In this document: positions 7,864-8,638 of the stretch, one piece after another
Layout: every line of letters begins with the position of its first letter
Numbering within the stretch: position 1 is the first letter of the stretch
Assembly: GCA_001179505.1 (NCBI GenBank)
Contig: CDMY01000951.1
Coordinates: 1-8,638, forward strand
Source of the DNA: Vitrella brassicaformis CCMP3155
Lineage: Eukaryota > Protista > Chromerida
Length of the DNA stretch: 8,638 nucleotides
Reading direction: 5' to 3'
The notes under the pieces: generated by a model
Database searches by the model: none
Seen by the model: only the letters and a program-made list of their open reading frames with translations
Told to the model about the DNA's origin: nothing
Position numbers and translations under genes: made by a program

Positions 7864-8602
7864 GTTGAGTTGTCGATTGAGGACCTGCCTGACGCCGTGT
7901 GGATGACGACTGAGGACGGCATGGGGCTGGGTGCCTACCTGGGCTTCCAGGCCTTCATGACGTCCCTCTCCGTCGCCAGCACATACTTCAAGGCCCTCAG
8001 CCGCCAGAGGGCCGTCCACCCCATCCTCGACATATCCGTATCGCCATCCATGGACACCGCGAAGAAGTGGACGCGTAAGCAACGGGGCGATGAGAGAACA
8101 GACGGGAATGGGCACACACCAGATGTGTTGTGTTGTGTTGTGATGTGATGTGATGTGTGCAGGTCGTTCGTTGTGCAAGCATCTGCTCATCAACCACCGC
8201 CCCACCCCGTCGCTGCTGTATCTGCTCGAGAGCCTGGCCCCCACCGTCGAGAGCGTCGTGCTGCAGGGTTCGGTGTCCACTGAGAAGGAGGCACTGGGGT
8301 TGCAGCACAACCGCCGCCAGGTGACCGATCGCCACATGCGCCTGACCGTCGAGCGCATGATGCGCGACAAGACCGGCCAGTTCAAGAAGATCGACCTGCC
8401 GGACAACGAGGAGCCCGTCGCATTCCCCCACCTCAAGCAGGCCACCGTCGGCACCGTGTGGTCCCACATCGCAGACGAGCGCAACTACGATCTAGGGGCC
8501 CTCAAGCGTCTGTCCGCCATCGACGCGGGGCAGTATGGGCAGCGCTCGTGGATACAGCGTGCATCAGACGGCCTCTCGTCCATTCACTTCATCCATCACA
8601 AG
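7864..8602 (+). CDS. Third copy of gene C exons 5-6; slightly divergent allele or paralogue
   Basis: The contig starting at 7853 matches 6825 onward (offset 1028, then 1033 after a 5-bp intronic length difference). Exon 5 = 7864-8074; exon 6 = 8163-8602, ending ..SIHFIHHK|gtgacg, the same phase-0 intron position as gene B's ..STFFH|gtaaga. Confidence 0.72.
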
Positions 8603-8638
8603 GTGACGGCAGGGGAGAGAGAGGGGGGATGAGGGGCG

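Noticed and set aside
6907-8484. Minus-strand ORFs of 156-317 aa over the gene C copies, including X-filled ORFs
   Set aside because: Antisense shadows. Several are long only because Ns contain no stop codons.

Overview
Eukaryotic, GC-rich, intron-dense genomic DNA with short (58-108 nt) GT-AG introns and GT/TG-rich acceptor tracts. The style resembles the chromerid alveolate Vitrella brassicaformis; this is an inference and was not verified. Contents: (1) the last four exons of a + strand gene with an acidic/Pro-rich C-terminus (51-651); (2) a complete 10-exon - strand gene, gene B (4685->1318, 878 aa); (3) its head-to-head paralogue on the + strand, gene C, whose ATG (4815) is only 129 bp from gene B's. 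B and C share one architecture: Lys-rich NLS-like N-terminus, a conserved ~110-aa helical/coiled-coil region with a QNRM-x4-RHYRV motif, an internal F-box-like motif, then degenerate LRR-like repeats. They share six intron positions, and B has two extra introns. Right of 6185, parts of gene C recur in near-identical copies separated by two gaps of exactly 300 N, most likely unmerged overlapping contigs or haplotypes. No RNA genes, mobile elements or CRISPR arrays could be supported.
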